NCBI RefSeq assembly: GCF_964355755.1
Contig: NC_092680.1
Span: 868,001-932,000, forward strand
DNA: 64,000 bases
Direction of reading: 5' to 3'
Source: Antedon mediterranea
Taxonomy: Eukaryota > Animalia > Echinodermata
Shown here: positions 26,181 to 37,700 of the stretch, one piece after another
Position numbering within the stretch: position 1 is the first letter of the stretch
Layout of the letters: each line of letters starts with the position of its first letter
Notes under the pieces: model-generated
Told to the model about the DNA's origin: nothing
The model's database searches: none
The model's input: the letters and a program-made list of their open reading frames with translations, nothing else
Made by a program: the position numbers and the translations under genes

Positions 26181-26340
26181 TGTACGTAGAACAAGTTCAA
26201 CAACATGCCTAGCACTTCATGAGATAGTAATAGTTGCCTAGCACTTCATGAGATAGTAATAGTCGTCGAAAAGAACATTACCATTAGCAAAAAAACATGA
26301 TATGCAGATGGATTCTTAGTCTTATTAAAATAACAACGCA

Positions 26341-27828
26341 GACCAATTTCTGTGGTCGGTCATATTGCAAACATGATTGAGAGAGTTGTTCAGGAACAAA
26401 TAATTACCTTTCTTGAGTCTTATGATTTAATTAATGTGGACCAATTTGCGTTTTTAAAAAACCATTCCACTGTACGTGCTTACACAGAGTGGTTGATGAT
26501 TGGTTGGAAAGTTTTAATGATTCTGAATTGATCGGTGCTTGTTTCTTAGATATATCTAAATGTTTTGATACGATCGATCACTCAATTCTTTTATATAAAC
26601 TTGAAAAATACTGTTTCAGTGAAAATGTTTTAAATTGGTTTGTAAATTATCTGAAAAACAGAAAACAGTTTGTATACTGCAACAATAGAAAATCTAAACT
26701 GAGAGATATTAACATTGGTGTTCCGCAAGGAAGTGTCCTTGGGCCCATCCTTTTTCTTCTATTTATTAATGATATTTCGCCGTCTGTTATAAATGGAACT
26801 TGCAGCATTTTTGATGATGATGTTGTTGTGTATACTACTGGTAATTCAACTAAGTCTTTAAACGATTCTCTACAAATAATCATGAATAATGTTAGTGAAT
26901 GGTATAATAGAAACCACCTCTCAATCAATACAGACAAAACTAAGGTCATGTTACTCAGTAACAGTCGTTCAGTAGATAATATCCAACTGGATATTAAAAT
27001 TGGGCCCACCAAAATTGAACAAGTTGATAGCATACATAAGATATCTGGGAGTTATTATAGATGAAATGTTAACGTGGAAACAGAATACCCAGTCTATCAG
27101 TAAAAATATTGGGTATAAAATTTCAATGTTGAGTAAAATGGCGGGATGTCTAAATAAATCATTATTAGAAACGTTGTTTTTGAGTACCATACAACCTTGT
27201 AGTGACATGCGATAACTGTTTGGGGAAATACCTCTGAGCAAAACAAGAATATCTTGAAGCGTCTTCATAGAAGAGCGGCTCGCATTGTTACCCAAAATTT
27301 TGACTTTGTTGACGTGAGGGATGATGACATAATTCAGGATCTTTCCTGGAAAATATTTTGAAGAGAGAAGAGATTTTTATCTAGCTAGTCTAATGTATAA
27401 ATGTATCCACGGCCTTGCTGCAACCAGATTGACAAATGAAATTGAACTAATTGGGAATGTACACACCCATTCAACGCGTGGAGTAGACAACTTAAATGTT
27501 GTTATACCCCATTATACCCGTAGCAAAATGGATTCGTCTTTTAAAGTTGCAGGCGGAAAAATATGGAATGACTTGCCAGCAGATATAAAACATTCACCCA
27601 CGATTATGTTCTTTAAAGCTACGATACAGATCTCATTTCTTTTCATAACATTTAACTTCCAGTTTATATTTTTTGTTGCTTTTATTATTAATTGTAATTG
27701 TATAAGACTTAAATTAGTATCCGTTTTTGTCGACAGGACCACAATGCAAAACAAGTTTATTTCTACTTGATTGTGTATTATCCTGTATAAATATGTTGTT
27801 AAATAAATAAATAAAAATCAATAAATAA
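26341..27828 (+). mobile_element. 5'-truncated, frameshifted non-LTR retrotransposon (CR1/L2/Crack group RT), TSD AACGCA
   Basis: RPISV, FLDISKCFDTIDH, GVPQGSVLGPILFLLFIND, FDDD (degenerate YADD), YLGVIID and IWNDLP motifs; (AAAT)n tail; aacgca at 26335-26340 and 27829-27834. Confidence 0.93.
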
Positions 27829-27929
27829 AACGCAAACATTTTTTTCTACGATTTGAGACTAATTGGCGCATATTTATGTCTTTGGGCTTCCTTCAAGAAA
27901 ATATATTAGTAGTATCCAAGAGCTTTGAG

Positions 27930-28860
27930 GAGAACAAAGGAAATCTATTGTATGAGAATTATAGGAAAACAAAGGGTTTGCTAATTAAAGTCCTAGGCTA
28001 ACAAAAGGGTAGGAGGAGGATAATTACAGGGAAACAATAAGAAATCTTCTTGATTAAATTTAGGAAAACAAATGGGTATTAATTGGATTATACAGGTGTG
28101 TATGATGGCGGTCATGACTTTAGTAATCTAATTTTAATTAATTAACAATAGAATGTATAGTTTTAAAAAGGTGGAGGCTTTGTATAGAGTGTATCACACG
28201 TGCTTTACAATTACTGACAATACTCACAACGAGTGCTTTGTTTTTTGACAATAGGATTTGATCATAATATAAAAGAGAGGGTTATAATTAAGGAGCGATT
28301 GTTTGCTAGCATTTGAGGCTAACAAAGGAAATCTATTGTATAAGAATTATAGGAAAACAAAGGGTTTGCTACTTAAAGTCCTGGGCTAACAAAAGGGTAT
28401 CTATAGGAGGAGGATAAGTACAGGGAAACAATAAGAAATCTACTTGATTAAAGTTAGGAAAACAAATGGGTATTAATTGGATGATACAGGTGTTTTCGTA
28501 GAATGATGGTGGTCATGACTTTAGTAATCTAATTTTAATTAATTAACAATAGAATGTATAGTTTTAAAAAGGTGGAGGCTTTGTATAGAGTGTATCACAG
28601 GTGCTTTACAATTACTGACAATACTCACAACGAGTGCTTTGTTTTTTTTTGACAATAGGATTTAATCATAATATAAAAGAGGGGGTTATAATTAAGTTCA
28701 ACAACATGCCTAGCGAAAAGAACATTACCATTAGCAAAAAAATATGATATGCAGATGGATTCTTAGTCTTATTAAAATAACAACGCAAACATTTTTTTTT
28801 CTACGATTTGAGACTAATTGGCGCATATTTATGTCTTTGGGCTTCCTTCAAGAAAATATG
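27930..28860. repeat. Local tandem duplications (about 390-bp unit x2, plus a copy of the FABP 3' flank)
   Basis: 27933-28290 matches 28321-28693; 28693-28858 matches 26193-26340 joined to 27835-27903. Confidence 0.85.
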
Positions 28861-30226
28861 TTATAAAGTAAACATTAATTTTTGTCAAATTGCTAACCAG
28901 GGCTGAATGAACCCAAACCCGATTTGGGACTAAGTTCATGCATTTTAACAGACAGAAGGCGGCTTGCGGGTGGCAAAATTGTCAATGTTACTACATTGCT
29001 AGCAAAATATCCGATTAATGCAAGATATTGTATTGTTATGTTATGAATAATCGTTTATGGTAGTTGGTGTGTATGATCGCACCGTCCCAGAATAGTGACA
29101 TGTTTTAAACAGATAGTTTGTCTTCGATGGTTTTTGTATGGGGTTAATGGAGAGTGAATAAGATAAAACAGAACATTTGCAAAGATGCCGATTTCTTGAT
29201 CAACTTTGAAACTTAGACTAATTCCGCCGCCGGGCTTGGCCTAATAGGCATATACGAAGTCGAGTTTTTAAAGTAGAAAATCCCACCTAACATGTTGAAG
29301 TCGATCTGGATAGTTGACATACATTATCATAATTATCATAGGTGATTATGTATAATAATAAGTATAAGTGCAATTCTAGGGACTTAGCTCTATGTTCATT
29401 CTTAGCTCTGCCCCAACCGCTGCAGTGGTCTAGTACTGGAGACTTAATATTTAATTTCATGTTTCAATGAATAGGTGCACTTTCCGGGGACAAGCTCTTT
29501 TGTCCTGGTGGATTTAGTTTGTTTCATATAATTTCAAATTATGTAAAGTTTTTTAAAATAATAGATGTAATTTCTGGGAACCGTGCAACTCCATTTTAAA
29601 CAGTTTGGTATGCCGTGCGTTGTTATGAAAATGAGTTTGTGCAGGTGTATAGTAAGTTGATTGTTAGTGATTCGCGGTGAACACGACACACTGTTACATT
29701 TTATTTTGTAATATTTACATTAGAATATTCAAATCATGTAAAGAAACAATTTTCCAGGCGAGCACCTAGCAGCTCCCCTCTTTTAGTTTGCAAAAGTAAT
29801 CTTGAATAGAAGTCCATCTGGAAAAGTAGCCCACCCAAGAGTACTAACAAATGCAGGAGCACATGGGATTCTTTTCGAGGTTTTATAGTAGTAGTTTATT
29901 TAATTTTCTAACAATTTAATGCCATACAACATTGTTCCTGATTTTTTTTTTAAAAAGGTCCACTTGTGTTTTAGGCCTAGGCCTGACATTTAGTCAAACC
30001 TTTAAATATCGCTCTTTCAAAAAAAAAAAAAAAATTAATTAAAAAAAAGTTGTATCCGTAGAGGTTCGAAACCACCCAATACAGAGTTGAGAGCACTCAA
30101 AGCTGAGCATTACACGTTACGCCACAACGTACATTGCTGTACAGCTGATAATTGTCTATGTATACGTGTATTACGCAATATATCTTTACGTCATAAATAT
30201 CGTATTAACCTTGCTAAAACCAAAAT

Positions 30227-30460
30227 GATCAGTTAGCTCATTCGCCTGAGCGTCGTGTTAACACACGTGTGTCGTGGGTTCGATTCCCACGCTGGTCGGT
30301 GGAATAGAGTTAAGGCTATGCGAGCCACTGTGTTTGGGGTTCCCCCTTTCCACCACACATCATGAGGCGACAACATCAATGCATCTGGTGATGTGCTGGA
30401 AACGACCCCAAAAGGCTGTGGCAGGGCCTTAGTGCTGAGGCAGGGAGAGCACATTTAACA
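30227..30460 (+). mobile_element. tRNA(Ile)-like SINE, second copy
   Basis: gatcagttagctca...gtgggttcgattcccacgctggtcg; body matches the 15940-16180 copy. Confidence 0.7.
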
Positions 30461-33383
30461 TCTTTTTTTTATTTAATTTTTTTTCAACCTGTATTTGATC
30501 TCGTAAATTTTATGTTTGGTGCCCTCAATTTTAAAAGAAATTAATATTTTTCTTCGTTACGTATTTAGAATGGAATTTATATTCATCGCAGGAGTACGAA
30601 GCGGTTGCAAATGAGTTTATACAGGTGTAGTGGGATAGATGGTATTGTTAGTAATTCGCGATCAACATGCCACACAAAGTTTGATTTTATTAATCAATGT
30701 GAAATATCCGATTAATACAAGATATTGTATTATTATGTTATGAATAATTGTTTATGGTAGTTGGTGTGTGGTCGCACCGTCCCAGAATAAACATGTTTTA
30801 AACAGATAGTTTGTCTCCGTTCTTGAATGGGGTTAATGGGGACCGATGAGATCAAATATAGAACATTTCTAAAGATGCTGATGCCTAGACCAACTTCGAA
30901 ATTGGACTAATTCTCCGGCTGTGCTATGCCTTATAGGTGTAATGTATAGTTGACATTAATTTAACATTATCATAATTATCATAGGTGATTATTGTAATTG
31001 TTTTATAAATTGTACAATTACAATTGGTAGGCTACTTCTACTAGAACGGCACTCTGAGTGCATATCTCTGCCTCTGAAACATTTCCTACATAAGATTTCA
31101 TCGGGAAAAGAATGTAAATTTGTCTTTCTTAAAATACTGTGTGTGATTAGACTAATTTCACTATAACCATGTGTATGCGAATTTGATGTAATGGAATGGT
31201 TATGTAACCAGCTTTCAACTAACAATAGTTTAATTTGAATAACAAAAGAACAACAACGCCAACAACAAACGGGTGAATGTATATGTATGTTGTTAAAACT
31301 ACTCGTAGAAAAAAACCTGTACATTAAATCAAATTATGTTTTAAAATCACAAATCAAAATATAGCCCTAGCCTCTTGTAGAAAACTGAAGTTTTTTGGAC
31401 AAGTAGTTCTCGAGAAAATGCAATTTCAGTTTTAATGGAAGCCTAATTTATGTAGGTACCGGTAGAATACTCATACTCAATCTAATTCATCGCTCATGGA
31501 AATATTTAAAAAAGGCTTTTTAAAATCGCAGTTTTAGACCAGGATATCATCTTTTTTGTAGGCATACTATTATTGTATTTGTGAAATAATAATGAAACAG
31601 AAATAAACTAAGAGCTCAGTAATAAACGGTCAATGTTGAAATGTAATTCTCTGATCCTCAAATCCAGTGACATTTGGTTATAGATCATCCCATGATGCAA
31701 AGCCTGAGTTTCCTTTGGACCTTTCGTGTTAACAGCTATTGTCTTCTTATCAATGAGTAACTTCATTGATCTCTCCTCTACAACCTGTTCACTGAATTGT
31801 TTGTGTTAAAGAAGTTTAAAGCTCTCTACACTATCAAACGTCATATGACAAAACAATGTGATGTGCACTTATATGGACATGATGACACCAAATATTTTTG
31901 GGTCGTCATTAAAAAAACTTGTTTTTGAAATCAAGTGCAGTTTCTGTTTCTATATAGGGCCTATAGGCAATATGCCAAGTATAACCATAAGCGAATTGAT
32001 TCATATATCCTTAACATTGCTAACCTGCAGTGTCTTTGATTATATAAAAAGCTGCTATAAAACCACCGTTATGACAAAGTCATCAATGTTGGGTGCTCAA
32101 CCCATAATTTAGGCAAACCATCTGATCATGCCTTGTGAGAGTACAAGTACTACTTTAGTTTATTTTAAGTTCCAATTCAATAGAAATAAAACGGTATTTT
32201 TAATACATTAGATTTCATTAACATTTATTTATATAGTAGTATGAATTAATAATAGTATGAAGTTTTCATCGACTTCAATTTCATTTTTGACTAAATTATT
32301 TTCATGGATCAAACTTCTAAATGAATTCATGTGAAACATCAATAGACCGCGTAAGGTCAGACCATGACCCATAATAAAGTTGTAAGAATAATTTTGAACA
32401 ACTTCCTGTCTAAAATGATCGAGCGGAAGAAGTGTTTCCCATGCACTCATTATCCTGCCACGATGACAATTACAACTAAAAAGCTTTGCAAATAATGTTC
32501 TTTGGATTTCATCTTGTTCCCAGTGTTGTTTTACGCAGTTTTTGATACAAATTTGTCAAAAAACAATTCTATTTTTATGTAGGATATATACATATAGATG
32601 TTTGTTGAGTCTTAATGTATTTAATGACAATATGTTTTTGTTATACGGCAGGATATATTGAAACGATCGAGAATAATATTTAATGCAGAAAGTAACATCA
32701 GCAGAAACACAATTGTAATTCGGTAGGTACGAACAACTTTAAATAAGTATTCATTGCGCTAAATATGACATGTCATGAGGATGACGTCATGTCATGAGGA
32801 TGACGTACCGTACGTAGTCTGTGTTACTATAGCCCTTTAAAAAAGGACCTACGGTCTCGGAGCAAGGGCTATTAGTGCTTAATAAGTCTTTGCTTAGAAA
32901 TGCAAAACGTGCGCTACGCTCCAAAAATCTAGATAGGTCTACAAGTTACTATACCATATTATAGTATACCTATACTAGTCAATATTGGTCCAACATGTTA
33001 CCAGGTTTGAAACAAACAAGAAAGGCGTTTATAATATCTATGTTTAAATCTTGTTAGAAACGTATCTAAAAACGCTATTTCTATTATTTCATATTCTTTA
33101 ATATTATAAGCCTCTTTCTGTGACATGCTATAGGCCTATATTGTCATACACTAGGCCTACTATCTTAACCCAACGGTTTAAAATACCTTGTTATGCAAAG
33201 AAGAAACATTTTACGGAGATTCGGCGGTGAAAATTAGATAATTAAAACAAACAAGGTAATGTTGTCTAGTCGGGAAGAGCTGTAACTTATTGTAAACTTT
33301 TTTGTAATAAACTATTATTTGCTACGGTAATTATTTTGATCTTTTTTAAAATCAACAGAATCCGTCCATTTGTATCTAATACT

Positions 33384-33806
33384 ATGAGTTCGCAACCTTG
33401 GAGCTGGTTTATTCCTCTTGTGTTAATCATGATCATTCTTCTCGTATTCGTCTACCTATGCTATTGTAAATGGCCAGTGAAACGCTACCACTCGTACGAT
33501 GACCCACGAGTGCTACTCCACAATCCGGACGCGGTCGAGGTCATCGCTAACCCCGCTGCCATTGAGGACGATGACATGCACTTCTCGATTCCTGCCGATG
33601 CTGACAATACTGATAGATGCAGTACCACCACCGATGCTAGTGTTGATGACTTCGATATAGGTATGGGTACGGACATAACAACATTGCATTCAACAAGAGT
33701 TGCTAAGGATTATAACCCGTTTGACGAAATTGATGAGCAGCCTATAAGTAGTAATGGACGCGTCCTGTCAGAGATGGACCAATCTAAAGAACCACTATTA
33801 CTATAA
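33384..33806 (+). CDS. Uncharacterised small single-pass membrane protein (140 aa)
   Basis: ATG follows a splice acceptor at 33358 (likely 5'UTR intron from the donor at about 33255); N-terminal hydrophobic helix WFIPLVLIMIILLVFVYLCYC, then basic KWPVKR and an acidic tail; coding-like GC content. Confidence 0.7.
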   Translation: MSSQPWSWFIPLVLIMIILLVFVYLCYCKWPVKRYHSYDDPRVLLHNPDAVEVIANPAAIEDDDMHFSIPADADNTDRCSTTTDASVDDFDIGMGTDITTLHSTRVAKDYNPFDEIDEQPISSNGRVLSEMDQSKEPLLL

Positions 33807-33887
33807 AGGTCGACAAATATCGTCAACACAAAACTATTAAAGCCTACTGTATTCAAAATATATATACGGAACAAATCGGAATGCTTA

Positions 33888-34030
33888 AGCTAGGTTCCCA
33901 CTAGGACGTAAACGCAACGCAAGCGAGTTGACCATGACAAGTGACAGCAGTTCGAATAATCCATCGCTTGTGATTGGTCAAATCCCTTACGTCGTTGTGT
34001 TGCGTCTCTAGACTCTAGTTGGAACAAGCA
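33888..34030. mobile_element. MITE family C (TIR about AGCT(A/T)GGTTCCCACTA); related copy at 41022-41153
   Basis: Imperfect TIRs; shared core ccatcgcttgtgattggtca in opposite orientations. Confidence 0.65.
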
Positions 34031-34741
34031 ATAATTTCAGATTTTACCAAAGAATCGTCGGTGAAATATCGAAATCAATCATATCTCAATGGGGTTCGCA
34101 ATACTAATGTTATTTGACAACATTTGGGAACTGTTTAATGAACACTGGTGCATGTTGTTGTTATGTTAAATTCACCTTGTTCAGATTAAATCCTCCTTTG
34201 GTTTAATGTGGCCCAAAATGGAATGGATGGATTAATTAGTTTGAATGAGCAACCATTGTATTATTTATTTGAATGCTAGACGTGGATTAGAAACATTAGG
34301 CCTACAACCGAATATGCTGTAATTCCATTATTGTAAATACCAATATATCTCTACTCTCTACTATTTCTCTCTCCAATTCATTGAAAATGACATGGGTTTG
34401 GCGTGGAGGAAAACAATTCCATTAGATGGAAAAACAATTATTCATTGCAACAAACACTTGCCTATGTTTTGATTATTATATAATTTATAACAAAATAACG
34501 CAATCTTTTATTTTCTTTGTAATCCATTTTAAAATCACAGTAGTCGATATTAAAGAGTTCGTGATGGAATCGAAAAAAGTTTTAAGTTTATTAATACACA
34601 GAGGGCGCTCCATAAAAAAACATAATACAAAAACATACGGTGCTGTTGACTGTGTGGGAAGGAAGGCCTAGCCGCACATTACATACAGTTTCCAGTGATG
34701 AAAACTGTTTTTATTTAGAATAAAGTGAATGTATATGCACC

Positions 34742-37700
34742 ATGTATATTGCAAAATGTTTATGTGGTAGTTTATTTACAGTAAGCATGTACCGCGGTGC
34801 AAATATAACACTAGTAAAGCATAGCATTGCACGCGGTAGGCTAGGCCTACGATTTTCTCGTCAGCACCAGCAGTTTGACGGGCGGTGGCAGCGGTCTATG
34901 ACTATCACTGCGTATAAAAAGCGAAGGCGGATGCTGTTCAGTGGGGGAATTCCTAGAGACCAATTCGACAATGAAGAGAAGTCACGAGAATTTGCAATGG
35001 AGCTGCTTCCAAACGAACAAGACTTTCTTTTAACTGAACTTCATAAGTTGAAATCAAAAAGAGAAAATGAAGGTAGGTAGTAATTAATAATATAACATAT
35101 TAATTGATACTGATAGCATCTAGGCTAGCTTGGACTATAAAATAAATAGTACATACTCTAGGACAGGACTAGGTAGGTCTGCATTATAAATTATGTATCC
35201 CTCACTTACTCACCCCCCCCCCCCCCCTAAAAAAAAAAATCAATTCCAAAATTTCTCAAGGCAATGGTTTGTAACACCTTTGTTTAAAATTAAAAGGTTA
35301 AAAAGAATTGAGTTTGAATATTAAAGAGTTCTATTTGGGTTTCATAAATCCCCATGGCATTAATTTCATTATGTAATATATATTGTTGGATTATTATATT
35401 TCAGATGTAAATGTATCAGATAGGCTTACCGCTGACCCCACCTATTTAAATGGTAATTGGATGAATAATAGAGTGATTTAACATTAAACATGGATTGGTA
35501 GTATTGGTAAAGTAGATTTTGATGTGCAAAATAACCCAAATGACAATATGAGACAGGCTGCAAATTAACCTACCAAACAAAACTCTGAAACTATGTTATG
35601 ATTCAAATCTAAACTAAAATTAAAAACTGAGAAATCAGTATTGCTTATCAAGCATGATTATTATCATCTTTTCAAGACAAACCAGAAATACTAAATAAAT
35701 AGCAAAATTATTAGTATTTTTTACTTCCTTGATTATCTTTCTGCTCTTTTTCTTTTACTCCAAAGAGAAACAAAAGACATAATACAAGTAACCTTTAAGG
35801 CCAATTTACACAGATGAGCAGTAATTGTATTGCGGAAAAATGCGTAGCTTGTTCCACATAGAATATCTATTCTGAGCAGAAACCACCCGTCCCCACTGCG
35901 TTATGTAAATGGTCACAAAGAATAACATAACATTCTATCCTGAGCAGAAACCACCCGTCCCCACTGCGTTATGTAAATGGTCACAAGGAATAACATAACA
36001 TTCTATCCTGAGCAGAAACCACCCGTCCCCACTGCGTTATGTAAATGGTCACAAGGAATAACATAACATTCTATATTTCTTTTACCGTTACCGCTTGTCT
36101 GTGTAAATTGGCCTTTATAGTCAGTCTATAAGTTCCCTCTACTAAATAATGGTCACATCAACAGTTATTGGATTTATTTAATTACTTGGAAACAAAATGT
36201 ATTGTCAGTCACAGTATTATTATAGTATTTTTTACTTCCTTGAGTTCTATTCCTGCTCCTTTCCTTTTACTCCAAAAAGAAAAAAAAGTAACGAGAAATA
36301 TACATACAAGTAACCTTATATAGTCATCCATAAGTCGACTAAATAATGGCCACATATTAAGAGGCTACAGTTATTGGGATTATTTAATTACTTGGAAACA
36401 AAATCTATTTTGTCCGTTTATCATCTAAAAGTCTCATTACTCAGTAACATTATTCTATCATTTTACTAATTGTTTTGCTATGTCTCATATTTTAATGTCC
36501 TGTTTCAGCTTTACACGTTTCAATACTGTACTGTGATTCCTTTCATGTTACTTACTAGTTTGTACTTGATACAAGCTGTACAATACAACAAAACACACCA
36601 TTCATACAACATACAAAACACACAATTCATACAACATTCAAAACACACCATTCATACAACATTCAAAACACACCATTCATACAACATACAAAACACACCA
36701 TTCATACAACATACAAAACACACCATTCATACAACATACAAAACACACCATTCATACAACATACAAAACACACCATTCATACAACATACAAAACACACCA
36801 TTCATACAACATACAAAACACACCATTCATACAACATACAAAACACACCATTCATACAACATACAAAACACACCATTCATACAACATACAAAACACACAA
36901 TTCATACAACATACAAAACACACCATTCATACAACATACAAAACACACCATTCATACAACATACAAAACACACAATTCATACAACATTCAAAACACACCA
37001 TTCATACAACATACAAAACACACCATTCATACAACATACAAAACACACCATTCATACAACATACAAAACACACCATTCATACAACATACAAAACACACCA
37101 TTCATACAACATACAAAACACACCATTCATACAACATACAAAACACACAATTCATACAACATACAAAACACACCATTCATACAACATACAAAACACACCA
37201 TTCATACAACATACAAAACACACCATTTATACTTTAAAGCAGTCATTGTATGTCAGCTGTCATTGCAATCTAAATATTTTTTAATATTAAGAAAAATTAA
37301 ATATGTATTGTCCCCAAAAACATGACAAATAAAGATTAATAAAATCAGACTTTGAATAGATTATTTTGTAGTTTTAATCAATTTAATCACTTTCATAGAA
37401 AAAAGAAAACACGAACAAATTAATGTTCACTTATAAAATGACAATGGCAGCCAATTTGACTATTTTTTTGCTTTAAATTACAGTTTTTCAGATAAATACA
37501 TTTTGTTTTCGATCCAATTTTTGGTCAAAGTGGATAACTATTAGCAGGGAACATTTTCGCCAGTGTAGCGTAGCAAAAAGCTATTCAGGGAACATTTTCG
37601 CCAGTGTAGCATAGCAAAAAGCTATACAAAACAACCTTATTGCTACACATTTCTAAAATTGTGTAGCAAAAAATACAATACAAAACTATGTTTCTCGACT

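Noticed and set aside
26489-27064. Reverse transcriptase as a retron/DGR or domesticated gene
   Set aside because: Frameshifted, 5'-truncated, catalytic motif altered, with a TSD and an AAAT tail: a dead LINE copy.
30227-30300. Functional tRNA gene
   Set aside because: D-loop lacks the conserved GG and the anticodon arm is irregular; it continues into a shared repeat body, so it is called tRNA-derived instead.
32229-32520. Possible decayed retroelement fragment (also about 44830-45000 and 46450-46700)
   Set aside because: Only a vague resemblance; no motif I can support.
36470-37237. 255-aa ORF
   Set aside because: Artefact of a G-free 25-bp minisatellite lacking stop codons; intronic.
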